A DNA stretch of 52,519 nucleotides from a virus (lineage: Duplodnaviria; Caudoviricetes): positions 1-52,519 of the IMG/VR virus record IMGVR_UViG_3300046714_000321, one strand, 5' to 3'. The notes below the pieces were generated by a model. The model was given only the letters and a program-made list of their open reading frames with translations. It ran no database searches and had not been told where the DNA came from. Position 1 is the stretch's first letter; every line of letters begins with the position of its first letter. This document shows, piece after piece, positions 44,241 to 52,519 of this stretch. The position numbers and the translations under genes are program-made.

Positions 44241-47200
44241 TTACGGCATTAGGATGTAGAGGAGCTCGCAAGAGAACGTCCCATCCCCCCAGGTTGAAAG
44301 GTTGACGTCACTGGCCAGGCTGATAATCGCCTGGGTCGCGGCCGTACCGAACGAAACGCCCGCGTTTGCATTGGAGTTTTTGACGCCCGTCGTTTTCAAA
44401 TCAGCCGCGGAAATCCCTAGCGTCGTGGCTCCAGACTTACCGACGGACGCGGTCGCGGTGGTCCCTGCGCTGACGGCCGCGGTAACGTCCACGATGCACG
44501 CGACCAGACGGGTATTCGGGGGTAGCGCGGTGCTGAGATTGATCGTGGCCGTGGTGGCCGCCGCGAACGTCCCGCTGGTAAGCGTCACCCCGTGGGAAAC
44601 AGCCGCCCAGTGTCCGCTGGACGTAACGGTGACCGTCGTTTTTCGCCGACGGATCTCGCCCGACTCGTAGCCAGCCGAGGGGATATCCGTCCCGTAAACC
44701 TTCCCATTCAAAGCCGGGAGAGCCTCAACCGAACCAACGGCCGTGGTGCGATTGCAGCCAGACAGGGTAACGCGCACGGTGGTAATGCCTCCGGGCACGC
44801 CATCGTTTCGATTGGCAATGTGACCGCCCGAGTCGGCTTCACACTCGCTCGCGTCGAATCCACCGGCCGTAGACCCGGGCGTCAGGTTGAAGACGGAGGC
44901 AAGAATGTCGGTTTTCCCCGAACGAGAATGAGCGAGGGTCTTCAGGCGCGCGGTGGATCCGGTGTTCGTGGAGGCGAACCAAATCGCCTGCTGATCCCCG
45001 ATCACATACGAAGTAATCGGCCAGCCGTAACGCTGGGAAATGTACTTCGTAATCCGGGCCATGTGCATCGCGTAAACCTCGGGCAAACCGAAGTCCACGA
45101 GGGGAAAAACGTTGTCAACGATCAGGTCCCCGGTGTCGTTCGCGGCGGCCGTGAGGATCGTCGAATCAATCCAGAAAGTGCGGCCGTGCCAGACGAAAAT
45201 CTGGTCGAGGACAGGATTCGTGGAGTAGGTTCCAGTGACCTTAAAACGCCAGGAGTAACCAGACGTCGCGCCGTTGATCACGGACGCGGCCCAGTTAGTC
45301 GGAAGCTTCGTACAGCGAATCGTGTAACCGTCCGCGGGCGCGGCCGTGAACCCGCTGGTCCCATCGACCACCCCGGTAAGCGCCGTCCACGCGGAGCCGT
45401 TCCAGTACTCGATGGCCATCGTCCCACCGATGCCCGCGGTACCGTTGGCGTAGTCGATCGTCAGCTGCTGAAAACGGAAAGGCGCGGTAACTACGCAGTA
45501 ATCCCCGACCACTTCGGACGTGGGAAAGGGTTGGGTGTCAGCATTGGTCGCGTTCGCGGCGAAAGCCGTGATATCCGTGTACGTCGGCCCCGAGGCGACC
45601 ACTTGCCAGACCTTGGCCGGGGCCACGCCGCTAGAAGTCGCCTGCAGCGGATCCGAGACAGTGTCCCCCGGCTCCAGGTCCCACTCCTCGGTCCCGTCGA
45701 AAGCCCAGATACCGTAAATCGAATTCCCCAGATGGCGCGCGGGGCCAGCCGGAGGGGAGGAATCAAACTTCCCATCGAAGTGGGTGCCAAAGGCGCCGAA
45801 TTCCGCGCACTTGCCGCTGACGCTTCCGAGCCGAACGGAGCTGAATCCCGTCGTTACGGAGGTATTGGTCGTCCCGATAATTCCGCCATGGAGCGAAAGG
45901 TTACCCAGGCCGGTGTGCAGAATGACCGTGCCGGAGGAGTGGGGGTACGCCGGGACGACGTGGGGTGACCAGATAGAAATGTCCGAGAACCCGGTGGATG
46001 AGACATAAAGGAACCCACCGACCGCCTCGATATAAGGCTTTTCGATGGTCATGTTTCGCGAAAGCGAGGTCAGTTCCAGCGCGAAACAGTCGCCCGGCGA
46101 GAGGAGGACTTCGTTATTGAAATCGCACGCGGCCAGGGCCGAGAAGCGGGCCGGCTGCAAGTAACAGCTGCCGGTGCCGAAGAAAATGCACCCATCGTTG
46201 ATCTTGCACTGGACACTTTGCCCAGAGCTGGACCCGTGCTGGACGTGCGTGTACCAGCCGCCCCCGCCCGCGGGGAAGTAGCAGCTGGACATTTCCAGGG
46301 TGTCGCAATTGCCGTTACCCTCGGCCACGGTGTTCGCAACGCGGGTAACGAACGCAGTCCCGTCGTGGGCGGATTGCTGGTAATAAACGTTTCCAGGCTT
46401 GGGGACGTACGCCGGGGCCCAATTGACGTTTACGCGAGTGATCGAATTGAGGCCGAATCCGTAGCAACCAAAGAGACAATTCTTGTGCTTGACCGCTGTG
46501 ACCAGGCTGGCCGAGGTGCCACCCGGATTGACCACATCGATCAGGCAACCGAGGCGGGTGCTAATCCCCGCGAAAATCTCGCACCGCACGATCTCGATAG
46601 CGCGGCCAGCGAAGATGAAACCGACCATATCGATGTGCGCGGAGATGGATCCGGACGCCGAAGAGTCATCGAACGGGCTGGAAATGTGCGGGTTATAGAG
46701 GGAAACCGTGGTCCCTCCGCTAGTAACCACATCCCCCGCGTCGTTATAAACGCCGGAAACGTACCACTCGCCCGCGTTTAGAACGCTGTTTCGAAGGCCC
46801 CAAACCCAGCATCGGCGCCCGATGTGGTGGCTACCGAGGTTCGTGAACCCCCGAAGGCGCCAGTGTTTCTGGGATCCGGAGGTGCCACGGGAGACGTAAG
46901 TGCCGGTCGTAGTGTGCGGTTCCGTGCACTTGAACGTGATCGTGGATCCGTTAAAGCCGTTGATCCGCTCGTTGGAATGGGCGCCAAGGATGAGGACGCC
47001 GCGTTTCTGGCCACCCTCGATATCGTCGGCCAGCTCCAGGGGCGCGCCGGTCCCGATATCGACGATCGTGTTTCCGCAAGGAACGCGGAGGGTGCAGTTC
47101 TGGGGGATATCCGTGAAGCATTGGCGCCATGCCGCGACGTCATTGGTCGAACCGTCGCACAAGGCGCCCCAGCTGCGGATATCGAATTCGATTTTTCGCC

Positions 47201-48260
47201 GGGCTTCCCAGTTGGTTCCGTTATGGACCAGCTCGTATTCCCGATCGGCGGTAAACAGGGCATGGAGCTCGCCCGCGCGACGCGGATCGATGACCGTATT
47301 TCCCTGCTTGTCGCAGATACCCACGATCCACTGATCCGTGGTGGCCGCCGCAAGCGTCGTCCTCACGGGCCGGCCGGTGGCCGTATTCACCGTCACGCGA
47401 CCATCCGCGGCACCCGAGGAAATCGAAAGGACGCTGGGGGCCACGATATCCCCCGGCTTCGCGGCCAGTTTCTGATCCCCGGCCACGCCCGTCTGGAGCA
47501 TGATCTTGATGCCAGCCGCGCCGACGTCGGCCAGGTTGGCGGCCGTGGCCAGTTTCACCTTGAGGGGTGCGCCGGTGTTATCGTTGGCGGAGCAGACGAC
47601 GTCTCCGATGGCGAACGCGCCCGCGGGTCCGGTGCCGGTTCCGACCAGGGTAACGAGGACGCCCGATCCCGCGACCAGGCCGGGGGCCCACTGGGCGCCG
47701 TCCCAGACCAGGCCCTGACCCGTCGTCGGTGCCGTGGACGCGACCGTTCGGCCGGCCAGGATGTTATCTGGACCCGCCGCGCCGGTCGGTCCCGTGGGGC
47801 CAGAGGGGCCCGTGGCTCCGTCCGCGCCGGCCGGTCCCGTGGCTCCGTCCGAGCCCCTTGCGCCGGTCGTGCCGGCCGGTCCCGTGCGTCCGGTGGGGCC
47901 GATGGGGCCAAACGGGCCGATGAGACCCTGGGGGCCAACGGGGCCGGTAGCTCCCTGAGATCCCGTGTCGCCCTTGTCGCCCTTGGCTCCGGTCGGTCCA
48001 TGGGGTCCCGTCGGCCCCTGGGGGCCTGTTTCGCCCTGAGGGCCGGTCGGTCCCGCCTCGCCCTGGGGTCCGGTGGGTCCGCCTTCGGGTCCCGTGGGGC
48101 CAGACGGGCCGGTAGGTCCTACGTCTCCCGTGTCGCCTTTGACGCCGCGCGGGCCCGTGGGTCCCGTGGGGCCGGCAGGACCGGACGATCCGCGGGGGCC
48201 AGCGTGGCCCGAAACAGCCACCGACGTGGTCGGGCCGCGTACGACGATACGATCAGTCAC
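44241..48260 (-). CDS. Long tail fibre/tailspike with collagen-like stalk and beta-helix-like domain
   Basis: Gly-X-Y repeats near the N-terminus; [15 protein letters not shown] beta-helix cap motif; 1339 aa. Confidence 0.85.
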   Translation of the reverse strand: MTDRIVVRGPTTSVAVSGHAGPRGSSGPAGPTGPTGPRGVKGDTGDVGPTGPSGPTGPEGGPTGPQGEAGPTGPQGETGPQGPTGPHGPTGAKGDKGDTGSQGATGPVGPQGLIGPFGPIGPTGRTGPAGTTGARGSDGATGPAGADGATGPSGPTGPTGAAGPDNILAGRTVASTAPTTGQGLVWDGAQWAPGLVAGSGVLVTLVGTGTGPAGAFAIGDVVCSANDNTGAPLKVKLATAANLADVGAAGIKIMLQTGVAGDQKLAAKPGDIVAPSVLSISSGAADGRVTVNTATGRPVRTTLAAATTDQWIVGICDKQGNTVIDPRRAGELHALFTADREYELVHNGTNWEARRKIEFDIRSWGALCDGSTNDVAAWRQCFTDIPQNCTLRVPCGNTIVDIGTGAPLELADDIEGGQKRGVLILGAHSNERINGFNGSTITFKCTEPHTTTGTYVSRGTSGSQKHWRLRGFTNLGSHHIGRRCWVWGLRNSVLNAGEWYVSGVYNDAGDVVTSGGTTVSLYNPHISSPFDDSSASGSISAHIDMVGFIFAGRAIEIVRCEIFAGISTRLGCLIDVVNPGGTSASLVTAVKHKNCLFGCYGFGLNSITRVNVNWAPAYVPKPGNVYYQQSAHDGTAFVTRVANTVAEGNGNCDTLEMSSCYFPAGGGGWYTHVQHGSSSGQSVQCKINDGCIFFGTGSCYLQPARFSALAACDFNNEVLLSPGDCFALELTSLSRNMTIEKPYIEAVGGFLYVSSTGFSDISIWSPHVVPAYPHSSGTVILHTGLGNLSLHGGIIGTTNTSVTTGFSSVRLGSVSGKCAEFGAFGTHFDGKFDSSPPAGPARHLGNSIYGIWAFDGTEEWDLEPGDTVSDPLQATSSGVAPAKVWQVVASGPTYTDITAFAANATNADTQPFPTSEVVGDYCVVTAPFRFQQLTIDYANGTAGIGGTMAIEYWNGSAWTALTGVVDGTSGFTAAPADGYTIRCTKLPTNWAASVINGATSGYSWRFKVTGTYSTNPVLDQIFVWHGRTFWIDSTILTAAANDTGDLIVDNVFPLVDFGLPEVYAMHMARITKYISQRYGWPITSYVIGDQQAIWFASTNTGSTARLKTLAHSRSGKTDILASVFNLTPGSTAGGFDASECEADSGGHIANRNDGVPGGITTVRVTLSGCNRTTAVGSVEALPALNGKVYGTDIPSAGYESGEIRRRKTTVTVTSSGHWAAVSHGVTLTSGTFAAATTATINLSTALPPNTRLVACIVDVTAAVSAGTTATASVGKSGATTLGISAADLKTTGVKNSNANAGVSFGTAATQAIISLASDVNLSTWGDGTFSCELLYILMP
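47770..48210 (-). repeat. Collagen-like (Gly-X-Y)n coding repeat
   Basis: GPT/GPQ/GAT triplets with a 9-bp period. Confidence 0.9.
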
Positions 48261-48627
48261 GCGTAACCTCGCGTTTCAGCGCACATTCGCCGTCCACGAC
48301 GGGCAGGACGATCTCGTGGTCGTCCTCGAATTCCGCCGGGATAAAAAGCTCCAGGTCCCAAACCCCGAGGTAGAAATCCAGGGCCGCCGTGGTTTCCGCC
48401 AGGATAAGAATCCGAACGGTCCCCTCTCCCACGTCGATATCGATCCCCTCGTCACCCACGATGGGGGACGTCAGGGAGATAAGGGCCGTTTCCGAGTTCA
48501 CGCCCTCGCGCACCTGGGCGCGCGCGGAGTACCCCGTAAGGTCGATGGGGTCTCCGTTTTCTGAGGTTAACTCCAGGGTTAGATCAAAGGTCCCGCCCTG
48601 GCGAATCGTGATCGGGTAATCGGCCAC
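48253..48627 (-). CDS. BppU-like fibre attachment protein
   Basis: ITIRQGGTF...[14 protein letters not shown]...WDLEL...EVTR. Confidence 0.75.
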   Translation of the reverse strand: MADYPITIRQGGTFDLTLELTSENGDPIDLTGYSARAQVREGVNSETALISLTSPIVGDEGIDIDVGEGTVRILILAETTAALDFYLGVWDLELFIPAEFEDDHEIVLPVVDGECALKREVTRD

Positions 48628-48643
48628 GATTGAAAAGTAGCCT

Positions 48644-49210
48644 TTAAGGGTCGGGCACCGTCGTATCCGGAATTACCTTGGAGCCAGGGTCCACCTCGCC
48701 CCGGTACGTGACGCTTTCGATCCAACCGCTTTGGGTGTCCTGGGTCCCCTCGACCGTGCCGTAAAACTTCAGGTCCAGCTGGGCCACGGTGATATCTCGA
48801 CCGTCCACATTGCCGTCCAGGGTCGCGGTCGCCCCCAGCTCCCGGAGGGCGATCTCGTCCCCCCTCAGGCGCGCGCGGGAGGCCTTCCCCTGGATATCGA
48901 TCCGGAGGGCCTCCAGGCAATCGTACGGATCCCCGGTCCCCGAGGGCAGGGCGGAGCAGAGAACGCTCACCGTGAAGTCTCGGAGGCCATGCGTGCTCTC
49001 GATCCGCCGGGGCGCGCTGACGGCCGGGGGGTCGAAATACTGCACGCGGTCCTCGTCCCACCCGACACCCTTCATGGTCGGCACGTTGAGCTTGATCAGG
49101 AGACCCTTGTCGGGGTTGATCATGGGCTCCGAGTCGCCGTCCCAGATGGTCGGAACGCCAGTTAGGTCCTCGATAATGCTGAGAATTGCGTCCCAGTTAA
49201 TGAGCCTCAT
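48644..49210 (-). CDS. Neck/tail terminator protein
   Basis: Position after the neck gene; size and pattern typical. Confidence 0.6.
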   Translation of the reverse strand: MRLINWDAILSIIEDLTGVPTIWDGDSEPMINPDKGLLIKLNVPTMKGVGWDEDRVQYFDPPAVSAPRRIESTHGLRDFTVSVLCSALPSGTGDPYDCLEALRIDIQGKASRARLRGDEIALRELGATATLDGNVDGRDITVAQLDLKFYGTVEGTQDTQSGWIESVTYRGEVDPGSKVIPDTTVPDP

Positions 49211-49698
49211 CCGCCGTCACCCCCGCCAATTTGGTAGGTTATGGAGGAGCGGAGCTGACCCGTATTTATCAGGGGCGTGGACGACCCCTTGAGGGCCACC
49301 GTGCGGGGCGCGTTCGGAGGGTCGATGCCAGCCGCGATCCGCTTCTGAATCTCACCCTGGGCCCAGAGGCCAAGGTAATTCATCGCCTGGGCCTCGGAAA
49401 TCTTGCCTTTCACGATCCAGCCGAGTAGTTCCTTAATCTTCTTGCGTATCTGGGACTCGCTCTGGTCAACCCACGCCCGAATGAAGGACCTTTCAGGGCG
49501 GCCGATCCCGAATTCGTTGGCCGTGGCCACCTCGAGAATGGTCTGGGGGTCGGCCAGGGGGTCGCCTTCGTGGATCTGGTCGCCCTCGGCCGCGAAGATA
49601 CCGACGGTTACCTGGTCATGGTCGGCCTTGGCCAGCTGGGCCCGGAGCTTGCGATAACCCCGGTCCTTGTCCTTGATCGACGATTTACCGTGAGCCAC
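49207..49698 (-). CDS. Neck/tail completion protein
   Basis: NEFG...PERSFIR...PPNAPRTV..KGSSTPLINTGQLRSSITY. Confidence 0.85.
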   Translation of the reverse strand: MAHGKSSIKDKDRGYRKLRAQLAKADHDQVTVGIFAAEGDQIHEGDPLADPQTILEVATANEFGIGRPERSFIRAWVDQSESQIRKKIKELLGWIVKGKISEAQAMNYLGLWAQGEIQKRIAAGIDPPNAPRTVALKGSSTPLINTGQLRSSITYQIGGGDGG

Positions 49699-49976
49699 TA
49701 GACCACCCGAAAGCCACTGGCTGATTTACGGATGATTGCTTTAAAGTGCCGGCTGTATGTAGTTGTGCCGTCTTTACTGTCGGAGAGACGCGCGTTTACG
49801 CCCGCGGGGCTGAGGGCCAGCTTGTGCGCCGCCAGGTACCCCTGGGCCGCGTCGTACTTCGTGCCCAGCACGTTGGCGTCCAGCTCCAGAGCCGCGTCGG
49901 CCATGAAAGCCTTTACCATCTCGTCCCCGATCAGCTTGAACTCAGGGAAGCGGGTCCGAAATTGCGTGAGCGTCAC
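49698..49976 (-). CDS. Head-tail adaptor (DUF4054-like)
   Basis: FRTRFPEF...YLAAHKL...TTY. Confidence 0.85.
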   Translation of the reverse strand: MTLTQFRTRFPEFKLIGDEMVKAFMADAALELDANVLGTKYDAAQGYLAAHKLALSPAGVNARLSDSKDGTTTYSRHFKAIIRKSASGFRVV

Positions 49977-50127
49977 GGGAAAGGGCTAGCCCCGAGGCGG
50001 CGCGCCTGGCCAGATCCCATGCGTCAAACCACGTATCGGCCTCAACCGTGGGGTGCCCCGGTACCTGTACCCGACACTTACCATCTTTAAATTCAAAGCG
50101 AAAACCCAGCGACTGTACGGGCCTCAC
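49942..50127 (-). CDS. Possible small HicB-N-like protein
   Basis: VPGHPTVEADTWFDAWDLARRA loosely resembles the HicB N-terminal fold; weak. Confidence 0.3.
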   Translation of the reverse strand: MRPVQSLGFRFEFKDGKCRVQVPGHPTVEADTWFDAWDLARRAASGLALSRDAHAISDPLP

Positions 50128-50220
50128 TCATATCACCCTAGCGAAATGACGCGCTGCGCTTGTCCAATTCTTAGATATCAGCTATCAGATAATGGTCCTA
50201 CGAAAGGGAGGTTAACGGCC

Positions 50221-50586
50221 ATGAGCCAACTAGAAACCCGCATCCAGGAGATCCTCACCCGCGCCGTGGCTGAAATCGTCAAGGTCTTCCAGGAGACCCC
50301 GCCGGCCATGTGGTCGATGGTCCCCCCGGGTCCGGCCCCCGCCGTGGCACGACGCGAGACGATCCAGAGCCGGGTGGCCAAGGCCAACGGAGCCATTTCC
50401 CTGGACGTGGCCGTGGCCAGGGTGAAAAAGTTCCTGGAGTCCCACCCGGGGCAGGGTCTGACCGGCATTTCCACGGGGACCGGCCTCGAAAAGGACATGG
50501 TGTCCCGGGCTACCTTGGCCCTGCTCCGAACCGGCGAGGCCCGGAGGAAGGGCGAGAAGCGGGGGACGAAGTACGTCCTAATCTGA
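50221..50586 (+). CDS. Winged-helix DNA-binding (nucleoid-associated-like) protein
   Basis: GGGAGG RBS; N-terminal helix, linker, wHTH ending GEKRGTKY. Confidence 0.75.
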   Translation: MSQLETRIQEILTRAVAEIVKVFQETPPAMWSMVPPGPAPAVARRETIQSRVAKANGAISLDVAVARVKKFLESHPGQGLTGISTGTGLEKDMVSRATLALLRTGEARRKGEKRGTKYVLI

Positions 50587-50624
50587 AGCCGGGCCCCGGT
50601 CACCGTTGTGTGGAGGCCGCCCGA

Positions 50625-50659
50625 GAAACCCCCGACCCTCAGACAGGCTCGGGGGTTTC
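50625..50659. terminator. Bidirectional terminator hairpin between convergent genes
   Basis: GAAACCCCCGA / TCGGGGGTTTC 11-bp stem. Confidence 0.7.
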
Positions 50660-50665
50660 GTCCAT

Positions 50666-50878
50666 TTACGAGTCGCCGAAGGCGTCCAGAAAACGCTGCT
50701 TGGCCTCATCCATCCTGTCTCGGAGGGCGTTGACCTCTCGGGTCAGACTCAGGATCCGGTCGCTCTGGCCATTGATTACAGCCAGGCGTGCGTCCCCTTG
50801 AGATGCCCTGCGTAGGAGATCCTCGTACTCATCTATCGGGATAATGACGGTCGCGCCCCGTTTTTTCTTGGTTGCCAC
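50666..50878 (-). CDS. Small coiled-coil protein
   Basis: TVIIPIDEYEDL followed by heptads; GTG start 2 nt after the upstream stop. Confidence 0.6.
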   Translation of the reverse strand: MATKKKRGATVIIPIDEYEDLLRRASQGDARLAVINGQSDRILSLTREVNALRDRMDEAKQRFLDAFGDS

Positions 50879-50880
50879 GG

Positions 50881-51102
50881 TCAGGCCCTCAGCTCGAACG
50901 GTACAGCCCTCATAAAGATGACGTCGATCCCGTCCCGCTGGCACGTGAGGATCTGCTCCGTCTCCCGGCCGGTGCTGGAGTACCCAAAGCCAAGGGCCTT
51001 GACCTTTTCGCGCATGATGACCTTTGCGCCAGCCAGGCTAAGGGCGACGCCCTCTGGGTAGTCGTTACACATGACCACGTACACCGTCACGGGGTTGGGC
51101 AT
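50881..51102 (-). CDS. Hypothetical protein
   Basis: TATTAT 6 nt upstream of ATG; 73 aa. Confidence 0.6.
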   Translation of the reverse strand: MPNPVTVYVVMCNDYPEGVALSLAGAKVIMREKVKALGFGYSSTGRETEQILTCQRDGIDVIFMRAVPFELRA

Positions 51103-51732
51103 GACCTGATAATAGGTACCTGCTACCTGGTGTTTGGCGCCAAGGTGACGATCCGCCCGTCGACGTGCCTATTTCAGCGTCCCTATTTCGGCTCCCCCGC
51201 GCGACAGGCGGGTGCCGGGCTTCCCCCAGCGTGGCCTTGGCGATCTGATAATAGGTATCGAGTACTGTCTTTATTTTCCGATTTTTTCTGGGCGATTTTC
51301 AAGTAGGCCGATTTATTTTTCAGGTCGCGCGTTAACTGGAGGGCCCCCGCGCGGGCGAGGGGGTGGGGGAGGGCCTACCGCTCGGAAGTCTCGCACCTAT
51401 GCACACATATTCATACACATACATACTAGACCAACGTTCTTTCTAACCCATGTACTTATCAATGATATCATATACATAGTATAATGCACTATGACATGCC
51501 TACATCTAGATATCAGTGTTCAGTAATTGAGACGTACACATGTGCACACATGGTATTACACGGTATTCTTATGGGGTTGGGCTCTAGGGCCAAATGCTGG
51601 GCCAACCCCAAAAACCCCAGGGTAAAAGATACCCCTATAGAAGCACGTCTAGCCCACACTGCAGATAACAGGTGAGCCAGCTGGTAACAGAGAGGGCTAG
51701 GCTTTACTTGCCACCTTCCCTCGTCAGTCACC

Positions 51733-51769
51733 AAACCCCTAAGCGCAAGCTTGGGGGTTTTTCTTTTTC
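51733..51769 (+). terminator. Rho-independent terminator, plus strand
   Basis: AAACCCCTAAGC-GCAA-GCTTGGGGGTTT then TTCTTTTT. Confidence 0.75.
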
Positions 51770-51832
51770 AGTAGTTCAGGGATTGGACGTATGTGTCCAA
51801 ATTCATCCTTTCAAGGGTAACCCCTGCAAAGC

Positions 51833-51860
51833 AAAAAGCCCCGACCTTGTGGGCCGAGGC
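51833..51860 (-). terminator. Rho-independent terminator of the capsid gene
   Basis: Minus strand GCCTCGGCC-CACAA-GGTCGGGGC-TTTTT, 25 nt after the stop. Confidence 0.8.
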
Positions 51861-51885
51861 TTCTCGATAGGCCATCTGGCCTTGG

Positions 51886-52519
51886 TTACGCGTGGTAGCC
51901 AGTTCCGTCCATGTAGCAGACGCCGATCGGGTAGCGCGAGATAACGCCACCGAAGCGCCCATGGCAGTTCACGAGGTAGCTCATGTTTCGGAGCTGCGGT
52001 GCCATTTGCTCGAAGTCCGTGGGGACGAATCCCTGGACGACGCGCGGATCCGGGATGAGACCGACGACTCGGCCAGTTCCGTTGCTCGCCATCGTGCTGA
52101 GGCGATTCCAGGGGCGAACCGACTCGATGAGGGGCGATTCGTTGAGGACGTCGAGGACCGACTTGTTCTGGAAGGTCGGGCTGAACAGCGTGGTCGCGAG
52201 CGCGATGTGCTGCTGCAGCGGGAGGAGAATGCGAACGGCCTTGCCTTCCGCACCGAGTTCACCGGCCATCGCGAGGCTGATCTTCTTCGCGACCAGCTCC
52301 ACGTCGGCCTTCATGTCCTCCGGGTCCGCGATAACCTCGCCACCCGAATTGAACCACTGGCCAGCCGGCGAAGCGGTCAAGGTGCTTGCGAGATTGCCGA
52401 GGCCCTTGAGGCCCACGCGGCTTTCACCCTCGGCCAGGTACTTATCAAGCTTGCGCTCGAATGCACCGCGGGCCGTGGTCGCCTTTTCCACGTCGATTGA
52501 GCCAGGCAGACCCTGGGTC
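51886..52519 (-). CDS. Major capsid protein, 3' part (begins at 558 across the junction)
   Basis: GLKGLGN...HGRFGGVISRYP.GVCYMDG C-terminus. Confidence 0.9.
   Translation of the reverse strand, partial: TQGLPGSIDVEKATTARGAFERKLDKYLAEGESRVGLKGLGNLASTLTASPAGQWFNSGGEVIADPEDMKADVELVAKKISLAMAGELGAEGKAVRILLPLQQHIALATTLFSPTFQNKSVLDVLNESPLIESVRPWNRLSTMASNGTGRVVGLIPDPRVVQGFVPTDFEQMAPQLRNMSYLVNCHGRFGGVISRYPIGVCYMDGTGYHA
52393..52519. repeat. Terminal direct repeat (assembly overlap), copy 2
   Basis: Identical to 1-127. Confidence 0.95.

Overview
The window is a complete, circularly assembled genome of a GC-rich temperate contractile-tailed phage (52,392 bp unique; bases 1-127 repeat at 52393-52519, and the major capsid gene runs across that junction). 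Virion genes lie on the minus strand in four separated blocks: protease/decoration/capsid; neck/fibres/lysis; sheath/tube/tape measure/baseplate; portal/minor head. Plus-strand modules are interleaved: a replication block (Cas4/RecB-like nuclease, SF2 helicase, SSB-like protein, family A polymerase, DUF5664 diphosphohydrolase, metallophosphoesterase, with a divergent prim-pol/VapE helicase), a sigma-70 factor with terL, terS with a RuvC-like resolvase, and a tyrosine integrase whose attP carries the 3' half of a tRNA-Arg(CCT) flanked by inverted arm repeats. The host is inferred, not shown, to be a myxobacterium. The least explained features are: a promoter-driven pair of structured non-coding RNAs between the SSB-like and polymerase genes, sharing a palindromic operator with the integrase operon; pervasive leaderless promoters, with a late-gene variant that may be read by the phage sigma factor; a divergent pair of lipoprotein metzincin proteases; an internally deleted DNA methyltransferase remnant; and an iteron-flanked origin candidate. 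All family assignments come from reading motifs by eye; no database search was run.
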